Below, piece by piece: positions 25,211 to 36,453 of a stretch of DNA of 64,000 nucleotides. This stretch comes from Octopus bimaculoides (taxonomy: Eukaryota). A model generated the notes under the pieces. It did not search any database and was not told the origin of the DNA. It was given only the letters and a program-made list of their open reading frames with translations. The stretch lies in NCBI RefSeq assembly GCF_001194135.2, contig NC_068981.1, forward strand, positions 154,332,741-154,396,740. The letters are read 5' to 3'. Both the position numbers and the translations under genes were made by a program. The first letter of the stretch is position 1. Every line of letters starts with the position of its first letter.

Positions 25211-26369
25211 GTAAATTTAATTGTTATGTGTTTTACATTTTGTATTTTAATTTATTTACTGATTTTTCTCTTCTTCTTTCTCCTTTATTACCTTTGATGT
25301 CCTATATCTGAATTGCTATTGATGTAGTCATCCCATTTATTTTCCACATTCAACAACCTCTTCACATATTACTTTCACCTTCCCTTACTTCTATAAGGCT
25401 ACACAACAAATTGTCTCATTTTGTCCTTGATGCAGATCAGTCCTATCATATTGCATCTTGCTTTTGCTGCTTTGCAGAACTAAAAATATTTATCCATGAC
25501 CACTGACTCGTCTATAGCTTCTTTGTCCTCATGTCTTTTCTATTGTCAAATGAAGTGAAGTAACTCAGAAACAAGCAGCTGAGAAGTACACAATTCATTG
25601 TTCTCTTAACAGATATACTAAAAATATTTGTCAATTTTCTGACTCATCTTAAACCTTTGCATATATTTGAATTTTTCGGGATAATATTAATTAATCAAGA
25701 AAATAACAACAAATAATTAATGACTGTTGGAATCTACTACTTCCTGTCTCTCATGTTTTTCTTACTATTAAATAACCAAGTGAAGTGATACACAAATAGT
25801 TGATAAAGAAAGCATTCATTTCTTTTGAAAATAAATATGCTGTTAAATATAAGGGAGATAATCCATAATTTTCAATTGGTTTCTAAAACTTGCTTACTAA
25901 TTGTAAGGTATTGTAAGTTAAGTTGGGTGGGGTGGGGTGGGGGTAAGTAGTACATTTTATTAGATAAAGAAGGAAAATTGATAATTTAAAATAACTAAAT
26001 CTTTTTATTTTTCCAGTTTTGATTTTTAGTTTTCAAACTTTTAGCATTTGGGATAAGGACATTTTCTGGTAGATGGAACATGTAAAGAATTTAAGTGCAA
26101 TCTTTTCCTCACTAACACGAGTCCAAAGAATGAGGGGATTCCTAGAAGGTGTCTTTACCTCTCTTTGAGATAGCTAGGTGATTATGGCATGTAACATTAA
26201 CTACCCTGACTAGAATTAATAACAGTCCACATTATTTCCTTGTGTGGAATTAGAAATTTATGGCAAAGCTTTCCATCTACAGTTTCAACTTAATATAGCT
26301 ACCTGGATTGGAAGATTTCTAACAGGTTGCCCCCTTGTAACACTTTTTTGATGGAGCTCTCATAACAGC

Positions 26370-26820
26370 TAGTCTTTATTCCAAAATTCTTTATTTCCTG
26401 TCATACCTACAGATGTTTCATTTGAATTTAAGAGGCTTCAGTTTCCAGTCAAACTAAGTTTTGGTATTTCAATTCACAAATATCAGGATCAATCCCTTAA
26501 TGCAGTTGAGCTTCATCTCTCTAGTACATACTTCGCCTATGGCCAACTCTATGTTGGTTGTTCATGAGTTGGAAGCAGCAACAATTTACTCATTTCGATA
26601 CCAACAAAAAATTACACAATGAATATTGTTTACTCTGAGGTGCTTCAAGATTGACAGATTTTCAGTTTTAAATTCTATTGTCATTAAAGTTTGGATATTT
26701 TAAAATAAAATATAGATATTTTGAAATAATTATGAGAAAAAGAATATATCTTCATATTTATTGTTTACTAATCTGAATAAGAACAGCAGTAACCTGGGCA
26801 ATGCCGGGTAATTCAGCTTG
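26370..26820 (+). mobile_element. Helitron 3' end: Pif1-like helicase C-terminus, terminal hairpin and CTRG-like end
   Basis: Reading from 26403 gives IPTDVSFEFKRLQFPVKLSFGISIHKYQDQSL...FAYGQLYVGCS*VG...NIVYSEVLQD*. Hairpin ACCTGG-GCAAT-GCCGGGT at 26792-26809, then CTTG|T at 26817-21. Confidence 0.85.
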
Positions 26821-27406
26821 TACATTATATAATGCTAACAAACATGCCGATTCATTATATTACAATGGACATATATAATCTGACTTTGGGAGCAAAATAA
26901 ACTTATGGTATCGTGGAAATTGGTATAAATTGCATAGTTATTAAGTCGGTAATTTACAAGAAAATGTGACATGATGGGAAATTTTTGTTATAAAATTTGA
27001 ATTTAGCACAATCAACTTCATAATAAAATGTACATGAGAACTATGTTTTTTTTTCTTGACCCTGAAATTTGTTGTGCAGTGTAATTGATCTTGTGCTAAA
27101 GTAAAGAAATCTTCATTATTATTATTACTTTCTTTTTTATGTTGTTGTTGTTTGTAGTAGGAAATTTCAAAATATTTCAATTGATCTCAACTCCTTTTTA
27201 TGCTTTTTTAAAAAAATAATATGCTTCTAGACAATTATTATTGTTATCTTTGCATCATCACTATTGTTACTTGGGTTTCTGTTTTGTAATCCTTGTTTTG
27301 GTTAAACAGATCTAGTTTCCTTTCATTTAGTATTTCCTGTTAGAAACAATCCCAAACTCTCTTTTCAAATACATTTTTAACAAAATTTTCTAATTCTAAA
27401 TTTCAG

Positions 27407-27607
27407 GTTAGGATCTGTTAGTAGAACTTACTTTGAAGATGTTCAAAAGAAGACTATGTTACCTGAAGAACTTTTTAATAAATTAAGTGATTTGGCTCTT
27501 AGTAAAGAAGCCTCCCAGGAAAGGAGGAAGAAATATCAACGGGGTCGAGATGACTGGCGGTCCAGGACACAACCCGTTACACAAGAAGAGGTGAAAGAAG
27601 CTGATAG
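27407..27607 (+). CDS. SVIL: Coding exon missed by the ORF track (LGSVSRTYFEDVQKKTMLPEELFNKLSDLALSKEASQERRKKYQRGRDDWRSRTQPVTQEEVKEAD)
   Basis: tttcAG acceptor at 27405-06 and AG|GTAAGA donor at 27608. 201 nt, phase 2/2, no stops. Contains the supervillin-type R-x-x-TQPVT motif. Confidence 0.9.
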
Positions 27608-28317
27608 GTAAGAATAGTTATATAGTAATAATCCTTAGCATGAAGTTTGTCACCTTCGATGTTGTAGTACAATACATATTGTATATTTTCAAGCATCCTT
27701 TTTGTTTAAATTTAGTTTTTACATTGGTAATTACAATGCAAACTTTTAAGTTTATTGCGATGGCAAGTATGTGTCTGAATACATAAAAGGAAACTATTTC
27801 GCAATATTTTCTAAATATTCTAATTAGAAAGAATTATGATTGTTTATAAGTAATACTTAATTAATTATACAAGATAATATTGTCTTCTTTTACATTATTA
27901 ATTTTACAAGAGTTATGGGAAAATGGTTACTTTGTTTTAAGATGTTTCTTGTATATTATGAAATCTTATTATTTTTTCTTACATTTGTTATATATTTAAA
28001 TTTTGTTTTGTTCAAATTATAAGTTTTACTTTTTTGGCTTTTACTTCAAATTCTTTGTTCAAACCAAACAAACAATTGTTATAAATAGATAAATAATTCT
28101 GAAAGGTTTAATTTAACCATTTCTAGCAATTCAGTATTTTATACTTATATATTTTATATAAAATAAAAGTAAATGAGACTAAAATATAAGTAAATTTGTG
28201 TTATAAATAATCTGAGAGTTCAAAGGAAAATTAGCAAAACAGTTTAATGCAGTTTTTAATGATAATTTCTTTATTAACGACTAAGGGTTGCAGTTTTTAA
28301 TGATTGTTTCAAATTTT

Positions 28318-28510
28318 GGCACAAGGCCAGCAATTTTCAAGGGAGGGCTAAATCGATTACATCAACTCAACTGATACTTATTTTATCGACTCTGAAAGGA
28401 TGAAAGGCAAATTCAGCCTCAGTGGTATTTGAACTCAGAATGTAAAGACTGATGAAATGCTGCTAAGCATTTTACTTGGCGTGCTAACAATTCTGCCAGC
28501 TTGCTGCCTT
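28318..28510 (-). mobile_element. tRNA-derived SINE (same family)
   Basis: Reverse complement of the 42061-42230 family body. Confidence 0.75.
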
Positions 28511-29665
28511 AGTAGTTTTTAATAGTGGCAATATCAATAACATAGAAATTATTTCTCTGTGTTGTTTCAAAATATAAATCACTTGTATCCTTATACCATT
28601 TTCTAAATGTTGATAAAATTTAATAGAAATTAGAATTTTAAAAAGAAATTGGGAAATGTTAAACCAAAATGTTTTCTAATTCATGTTAAAATGTGTATAG
28701 TTGAGAATATTAATTCTCATAGCTTTCATTTAGTGTTTTAGCATTTTGTTCTTTTGGATATAGGACTGGAATTATATGCAACATAATGAGTTGAATAGCA
28801 TATTTCAAACATTATAAATTTTATTTTTAAAGAATCAATTGATAAAAATTTGGCAGAATAGTTTACAACTGAATTCTTTTGGTCATTCTTAACAATTGCT
28901 GGAGTTAGTGTTTATTAATGATTGCAACTTCTGATACTGAACCTTGATTACATGGTTTAGAAAATAATTTGTACAACTACATCAAAAGAGTCTGAGAGAG
29001 TTTCAATAGAAATGCTCAAGATGATCACCTAATTAATTAGAAAACAGAAGAATAAATATATAGAGTATTTATTTTGCTTTGTATTGAATGAAGAAGAAGA
29101 GGACTATATTTTCATCTTAGACACTTTGTACACTGAACAGGTCTTTAATTTATTAAAATTTAGAATTATGGATTTTACTTTAATCTTTTAAAAATGTTAG
29201 AATTCAGTTTTACATTAACTAATTAATTACTATCATATGTATTATATTTTTACATTTAAATTTTGACAAAAGTGTTAAAACAATATCATTACTTGCAGTC
29301 ACATACTGATGCCTATTATAAATATAATTGGTTTGCTGTGATATTAATGTGTAACCAATTCATTATATACCTATCTTATTTTATCTAATTTTATAAAATT
29401 TACTTGAATAAATAAGTAAACTTATGCTGGGCATTTAACCATTTATTTCTACCATGTAGATTAAACTAAAAATATTTCATTTTAAACTTATTTGGTTGTA
29501 TAAATATTTTAAATATGTTTTATTATTTTTACGTTCAAATTAAGTTTTATTTTATGATTTTCGTATTTAATGCACTTAAGAGAATCTTCTATACATAAGC
29601 TTAGCTCTTGGGGTTTAGAATCTTGTATTATAATAGTTCCTGATCAGATAGTACTTTTTTTACAG

Positions 29666-30412
29666 TTTGGAAACTGTGAGTAATTTCCGAGCTTTGGTGA
29701 TGAAACGGTCATCTATTAACATCTTTGAACAATTGAAAGATCAAGAAAAGCAACGTAAAACATATCCTGGGAAGAAAACTGAATATCCACAGCCTTACAT
29801 ACCTGAGAAAATGTCAGAGAAAAAGAGAGAGAGGTATAAAACTCTGCCAGTTACAGCAGCTGAGCTAATGGCCATCCCTGAAGGAGAGACTGTTGGGTTG
29901 GATAACTTTAAGTCTGCAATGCAAGCTCTAAGGGATTATAAAACTGATTCTGGAATTGTTTCATCTTGCTCAGATTTTGAGAGAGACTCTCAGGGTTCTG
30001 ATAGTATGAAAAACCTAGCAATTGATGCTGACATAGAAGACGATGACATTACTCATCTTAGTGTTGCTGCCAGAGCCTGTATCTTTCAAAAGCTAGAAGA
30101 AAAATCCAAAAAGTGTGCTAGTGGAGCAAAGCGTTACATCGACAGAAAGAAGCGAGAACGTTATAAAACACAGCCAGTTACTGAAGATGAAGTGAAGACT
30201 GCCTCTGAAATTGCCGAAGAAAACGTTAGTGACAGGAAACGTAATAGTATTACTGAGCAGATTGAGTATATGGAAAAAGTACATGAGGCCGAAAGGACAT
30301 CAAATACTGGATTTAAAGCATTATCAGCTGCTCCCAGTTTAGAGTCATTGTTACAGAGTGAGAATTACGAAGAAGATACGGATCACGCCACTCATAGTGA
30401 TGACCTTACCAG
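29666..30412 (+). CDS. SVIL: Coding exon with RYKTLPVT, LSVAARACIFQKLE and RYKTQPVT motifs
   Basis: tttttttacAG acceptor at 29664-65 and AG|GTAACT donor at 30413. 747 nt, phase 2/2; ORF 29667-30416. Motifs resemble the LSVAAK...F and RYQTQPVT segments I recall from the supervillin N-terminus. Confidence 0.9.
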
Positions 30413-31535
30413 GTAACTGTAACATTTCTGCCATCAAGTTTTAATACTATTAATATTTGTTGTCACTATCATCATCATCACTATCATTATTGTCCTCCTC
30501 CTCCTCCTCCTCCTCCTCCTCCTCCTCNNNNNNNNNNNNNNNNNNNNNNNNNNNNNNNNNNNNNNNNNNNNNNNNNNNNNNNNNNNNNNNNNNNNNNNNN
30601 NNNNNNNNNNNNNNNNNNNNNNNNNNNNNNNNNNNNNNNNNNNNNNNNNNNNNNNNNNNNNNNNNNNNNNNNNNNNNNNNNNNNNNNNNNNNNNNNNNNN
30701 NNNNNNNNNNNNNNNNNNNNNNNNNNNNNNNNNNNNNNNNNNNNNNNNNNNNNNNNNNNNNNNNNNNNNNNNNNNNNNNNNNNNNNNNNNNNNNNNNNNN
30801 NNNNNNNNNNNNNNNNNNNNNNNNNNNNNNNNNNNNNNNNNNNNNNNNNNNNNNNNNNNNNNNNNNNNNNNNNNNNNNNNNNNNNNNNNNNNNNNNNNNN
30901 NNNNNNNNNNNNNNNNNCCACCACCACCACTACTACTACTACTACTTCTACTTCTACTACTACTACTACTACTACTACTACAACATTTTTGGTCGCTTAG
31001 ATGCACTTTAACAAAGCACAGATTCCTTCTTCTAGCCTGCTATTTGCTTCTCTTTAAAAAAAATCTAAAACTCAAAGAAAAATACAGCAAAATAATAACT
31101 TAGTAGTTTGCTTCATTCAACTTTTCTTGCCTTAATTTTGGGACTTTTCACATTGATTCAGTCACTAATCATATGTACATTATTTACATTATTTATATTT
31201 GGTGGATATTTGTCCTCATCTTGTTTGTTGTTAACACAACTTTTTGGCTGATATACCCTCCAGCTTTCATCAGGTGTCTTGGGGAAATTTTGAACTTGGG
31301 TTCTTATTCCTAAGGTATTTTTTGATGTTATTATTCAGGACATTGCTTGGAATCGAACTTGGAATCTTGGAGTTAATAGCCTGTGTTCTTAACCACTACA
31401 CCATATGCCCATGGGCAATTATGGAGTGAATTTTAGGGCTTATAAATCTAATATTTTCCTTTCCTTCCTTAATACCAGTTCGCATATGCTATTCATATCT
31501 TGAAGGAGATATTTGCGAAGAAATGATCAAGATAT

Positions 31536-32130
31536 TTGCGAAGAAATGATCACGAAGAAATGATCAAGCTCAGTAACAATCTATTAAGCAACAACTACCC
31601 CAAAAACATACTATCCACTCCAATTATGAAGAAAAGAGAGGATGAAACCAATAAACTGTCCACAGTCTGTCTACCCTATGTGAAAGGCCTCTCCGAAAAG
31701 ATACAAAAGATTTGTGGCCCATATGACATCAGGACAGTATTCAAGAATAATACAACACTTCGCAAATATCTCCTTCGAGTAGAACCACCAACAGAAGAGA
31801 ATATGACCAAAAACTGTGTGTACTCCATCCCATGCAGCTGTGGTAGGTTATACAAAGGTGAAACATGTCACCCCCTCAAAATAAGGGTAGAGGAACATCG
31901 CAAAGCTGTGACATGAGGAGATATTGATAAATTGGGTATAGCTGATTATGTATGGAAAAATGGATACCCCCCCACCCCTGTGGGATGAAGTTAAAATGAT
32001 AGACAGAGAACACCACTGGAAAATATGAAAACTAAAAGAAGCAACACATATGCTAGGACACAACAATCTCCTAAGCAGACCAAATGCAGATATGAGTAGC
32101 ATATGGGAACCGGTTTTCAGGAAGGATAGG
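31536..32130 (+). pseudogene. Disrupted Penelope-like ORF C-terminus (GIY-YIG endonuclease)
   Basis: The VYSIPC-x-C-G-x-x-Y-x-GET motif and downstream LWDEVKMIDRE...EA...M...W-x-P pattern are recognisable. In-frame stop at 31914-16 and further lesions. Confidence 0.85.
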
Positions 32131-32178
32131 AGAATATTAGATTTATAAGCCCTAAAATTCACTCCATAATTGCTCACT

Positions 32179-32250
32179 GGCATATGGCATAGTGATTAAG
32201 AGTGCAGGCTACTAACCCCAAGATTCCAAGTTCGATTCCAGGCAGTGACC
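32179..32250 (+). promoter_or_regulatory. tRNA-derived segment with Pol III A and B boxes inside the PLE terminal repeat (inverted copy at about 31337-31410)
   Basis: A-box-like TGGCATAGTGA (TGGTGTAGTGG in the inverted arm) and B-box GTTCGATTCC at tRNA-like spacing. Not a canonical functional tRNA. Confidence 0.7.
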
Positions 32251-32321
32251 TGAATAATAATAATAATAATAATATCGAAAAGTACCTTGGGAATGAGAAC
32301 CCAGGTTCAAAATTTCCCTAA

Positions 32322-32367
32322 GACACCTGATGAAGGCTGGAGGGTATATCAGCCAAAATGTTGTGTT
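32322..32367 (+). ncRNA. Minimal type I hammerhead ribozyme fold, degenerate (G12>A and loop C>T)
   Basis: Stem I GACAC/GTGTT; core CTGATGA plus an extra A; stem II GGCTG/CAGCC; AAAA where GAAA is expected; TGTT where palindromic (AA)CGTT is expected. Located in a PLE terminal repeat, where such ribozymes are known to occur. Confidence 0.65.
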
Positions 32368-32597
32368 AACAACAAGCAAGATGAGGACAAATATCCGTCA
32401 AATGTAAATAATGTACATAATTCCTCATCTCTTAAATATAGAACTAATTATATGCTTTAACTTGAAGTCATAAGATTTTATTTGAAAGTACCTATTCACA
32501 TTAGAAAATCTGATTAAGGTGCAATAAGACTTTAATACTCAACTTTATAGATATATTTTGAACAATTATGATAATTGTCTTAGTTAAAATACTTTAA

Positions 32598-32795
32598 CCC
32601 TTTAGCATTTAGATTACTCTGTCAAATGTAATGCTTATTTTTCATATTGTTTTGAATTAAACATGCATTATCTTGTAACTTTGAGATTTGAACGATAGAA
32701 TGACATTGTAGGGTAGTTGTGATAGGCTGGATCTGTTTGGATGTAAAACAAGCAGAGTATTTGGGCTGAATATAGCCAGTTTAAATGCTGATGGG
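32598..32795. mobile_element. piggyBac-like MITE (198 bp)
   Basis: TTAA-CCCTTTAGCATTTA ... TAAATGCTGATGGG-TTAA: TTAA TSDs, CCC/GGG termini, 12/14 TIR match. Confidence 0.75.
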
Positions 32796-33302
32796 TTAAA
32801 CAGATTCCTTTATTACCCTAATAGCTAGTGAATTCAATAAACTAAACTGATCATTGGAAAATAGAAGGATTTTTATTAAAGGCAGTGCCCCATTTTGTCA
32901 CAGTTCAATGAGTTAAATTAGAAACAACAGGCAAAAAGACTAAAAGAATGCAATAATAATGTAAAAAAAGATATTGCTATAAAAATAAATGTGAAAGAAC
33001 AAATTTCAATTGTTTGGATGTAAAACTATGTAACTACAACATTGTTCACAGATGAACACTGTCAACCACTTGATTCCAGAATTCCTTTTCCTGCATTGCT
33101 CTTGGTTGGTCACTCTTCAGAAAACCAGAGTCTTCAACCAGTTGGTCAATAAATGTCCTGGCAAGATGACTCTTCAGTTGCTTTCCCTGTGTTGGTTCCC
33201 ACATCAATATTTTAATTCACTACTTCATCTTTGCTACAAAAGGAGAGCCTGGAGAATCTCAGTCTTTTTTTCTTTATGGTGGAGGTAACTCTTGGAAGAT
33301 TA

Positions 33303-33525
33303 CAGTAATCCCTCACCATATCGCAGTTCACCTATTGCGGTTTAGTATCTAAGCTTACATGGATTCCTCCATGGTGTTGTTTTGCATTTATAATGAAATA
33401 AATGTATACAAATTATAAAAATAATTTTAATAATATACCATACAATACTGTTTCTACTTCGCAGATTTTTACCTATTGCGGGGGGTTTTGGAATGTAATG
33501 CTTGTGATAGTCAAGGGATTTGTTG
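33303..33525. mobile_element. Tigger/pogo-like MITE
   Basis: TA-CAGTAATCCCTCACCATATCGC ... GTGATAGTCAAGGGATTTGTTG-TA: imperfect TIRs with TA duplications and no ORF. Confidence 0.7.
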
Positions 33526-35117
33526 TATGGGACTACCATTTAATGTTAAATGCTGCTCTCAGAAGTCTTGTGTATGTTCCAGTTATTTTCTTTCCAGTGC
33601 CTTAGCTGGAGTCCATGTAGTGCAATCATATAAGAGCACAGTTTCTGTTGTGCTTGAAAGAAGTTAATCTTAAGCTCTCTGTTTAGATTTGATTTCAAAA
33701 TGGTGTCCATCTTTCACAGCGCTGCCATGCTTTAGCAATGCAAATTGTGATGCCCTTCTCACTTGTACCAACTCACGAGCCCAAATATAAGAAATCATTT
33801 ACTTTTTGCAACTTGTATCCATTCATATGAAGGAGTGTGGACCAGTAATAAGGGGATTGCACTTATGATTGCTAGATTGTGGTTTTGATTCCCAAACTCA
33901 AACTGCTTCAGTGCTCTCAGCTGTAACCCAGTGACACACCTCATTTCACATTACTCCAGTGTACTCACCTGTAACTCTGCAACAGACTGGTATCCTGTTA
34001 AGAGGGAATGTTGGCTTGCCTACCTATCAAACAGAGTGGCATCATTTGAAAGCTAAAACAATTTGTGGAAACACATTGTGACCAACAGTGCATAACCACA
34101 TCCGATAATCTGGTTGATACTGTGTTACAGTGAGACACAATAAGACTATATAGTCTGAAGTAAAATAGAAATTGATTTATGCATTGAGATATTATTTAAA
34201 TTTAGATTTTCTTGCATTCATAATGAACATATGTGATGTGCTATCTTGTTTTGTTAAATTATTGAAAATAAATCTTACAATGCCTTCATGAAGCATACTG
34301 AAAATGAAGAACATAAATTTGATAGCTTTTGAATGAATGATCAGAAGAATTGTAGAAAGCAATTACAGAACCAAAATGTGAACACATGAAAAATGATATT
34401 AAAAGACATGAGGATGTATATATTTATGCATACCTTCCAAAAGATAGATCAAATATTTATCAAATCAACATCACTACATCTAATATGAATGGCAACTTGT
34501 TAACAGTTTACTAATGTCATTGAATAATCAGTTGGATAAGTGAAATCTAGGCCATAGCTTAAGATTTGATTGTCACTGTTCCAATTTTAATATCAACACA
34601 CTTCTCATTTTTATCCTGCCCTTATACTTCAAAATTATTCTGTATAAGGCTTTCTTCTGCTTAGCATTTGTAGAAAGACTGCAATGGAAGAATGGTTTTA
34701 AAACTTTACTGCTCAGCCATGGTCCAGGGTTATCTGTTTCTTTATTTTAGAGAAGATGAATGAATAAAGAAAGAGAAACATTAAACAGTGGCATTGAATA
34801 ACTATCTGATTATAAAGAGAGATATTCTTGAAGAATAAAACAGATTTTTAAAAATTGTTCACTTTCTTATTTATTTTTATGCAATTAAATTTTCACCTTG
34901 TATTGTAACATTTGATGTAAAGTTGCTCAAGGATGAAATTTATATTATTTATGAAAAAATTTTTAAGCTATTGAATTTTTTCTTCTTTGCTTACCACTGA
35001 AACTATTTTTTGTTTGCTTTGATAACTACAAAATATTTTTAGGCTATATCATTGGAGAAGAATTTAATCTATATTTCTAATAGATTTTATTAGTTTTTTT
35101 TCTCTATTATCTGTAGA

Positions 35118-35454
35118 GTGAAGGTGCATGGCTCAGTGGTTTGAGCATCAAGCTTATGATCGTGAGGTTGTGAGTTTGATTCCCAGACCAGGCTGTGTGT
35201 TGTGTTCTTGAGCAAGACACTTTATTTCATGTTGCTCCAGTTCACTCATCTATAAAAATGAGTTGGGACGTCACTAGTGCCAAGCTGTATTGACCTTTGC
35301 TTTTCTCTTGGATAACATTGGTGGCATGGAGAGGAGAGGCTGGTATGCATGGGCAACTGCTGGACTTCCATAAATACTCTTGCTTGGACTTGTACCTAGG
35401 AGGGGAACTTTATAACTGCAATCTCATGGTCATTCGTGACAAAAGGGGGTCTTT
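35118..35454 (+). mobile_element. tRNA-derived SINE, second family (related heads at about 58-308(-) and 33830-34130(+))
   Basis: A-box TGGCTCAGTGG and B-box GTTTGATTCCC, then gtgttcttgagcaagacactttatttc, which resembles conserved central SINE domains. Confidence 0.75.
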
Positions 35455-36236
35455 ACTATTACTTGTACTAATGGAATTAAATAATTTATGAGGTATTTTA
35501 GTTGTATTATAAGTACTATTATTGTTTGAATTGTCCTCTATGTATCTTAGTATACACATACTTTACCATAGATTATTTTAATGGAAACTTTTTTCTCAAT
35601 TTTAAAAAAGTTTCTAGATATTAATTATTAAAAATATGGTTAAATATTTTTATCAACTATTATTAGTATGTTTTAAAACTTTAGTTGACAATTACATAGT
35701 ATTATAAGTTGGTAAGTATTTTTAATATTGCAGTTTTTACTTTCTTGTTTATATTGTTGCATTGTGTTAATATTTTGTTGGGAATGCAGTCATTATCATT
35801 GTTTCTATCACCGCTGTCCTTGTTGTTCAATTACAATATATTGTCATGTATTGATGGCTGAAGTTTTAAACCTTCAACTGCTTTCTACATTTTCTTGCTT
35901 GCAATTTACATCTCATCTTTCCTGCTATTACTAATATTCAAATCATGCACCATTTAAAAAATGATATATTTGATATTTTCATATTTTGCTTGATATTGTC
36001 TACTGTATTGCTACTATATTTTTGCCTTGTCTCTTTTTGGTTTAGATCTTACTAGGGTCAACTTTGCCTGTTATTTCTTTGAAGTCAATAATAAATATAA
36101 GTAACACACTAGTTTATATTAGGCCAGGATCAGTTCCATTACTGGTGATGGAAACCTGCTACTAGTAATCAGGTAATCCAGTACTATCTGCCCGTTGTCT
36201 AATGTTTGGCAACCAGACTGCACCCTTCCACCCTTT

Positions 36237-36453
36237 ATTCTTTTCTACTCTAGGTACAAGGTCCGAATTTTTTGGGGAGGGGGCCAGTCGACTAAATTGA
36301 CCCCAGTACGCAACTGGTACTTAATTCATCGGCCCCGAATGGATGAAAGGCAAAGTCGACCTCGGCGAAATTTGAACTCAGAACATAAAGACGGACGAAA
36401 TACCACTAAGCATTTCGCCTGGCGTGCTAACATTTTTGCCAGTTCGCCACCTT
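36237..36453 (-). mobile_element. tRNA-derived SINE, well-preserved copy. Other copies at about 5436-5583(-), 9404-9600(+), 15100-15250(+), 28318-28510(-), 38735-38870(-)
   Basis: The minus strand has A-box-like TGGCAAAAATGTTAGC and B-box GTTCAAATTTC, followed by the shared gtcgactttgcctttcatcc body. Confidence 0.8.

Larger units (their letters stand above)
31172..32444 (+). mobile_element. 5'-truncated Penelope-like retroelement (GIY-YIG endonuclease region) with inverted pseudo-LTR
   Basis: ORF 31536-31916 encodes CLPYVKGLSEKI...CVYSIPCSCGRLYKGET...RVEEH (PLE linker plus GIY-YIG with Cys/His motif); the homology continues, disrupted, to about 32130. Segment 31172-31502 is the reverse complement of about 32087-32420. 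Confidence 0.9.

Noticed and set aside
32179-32250. A genuine tRNA gene
   Set aside because: The acceptor stem pairs poorly, the two arm copies differ at many positions, and it is embedded in a retroelement repeat. Treated as tRNA-derived.
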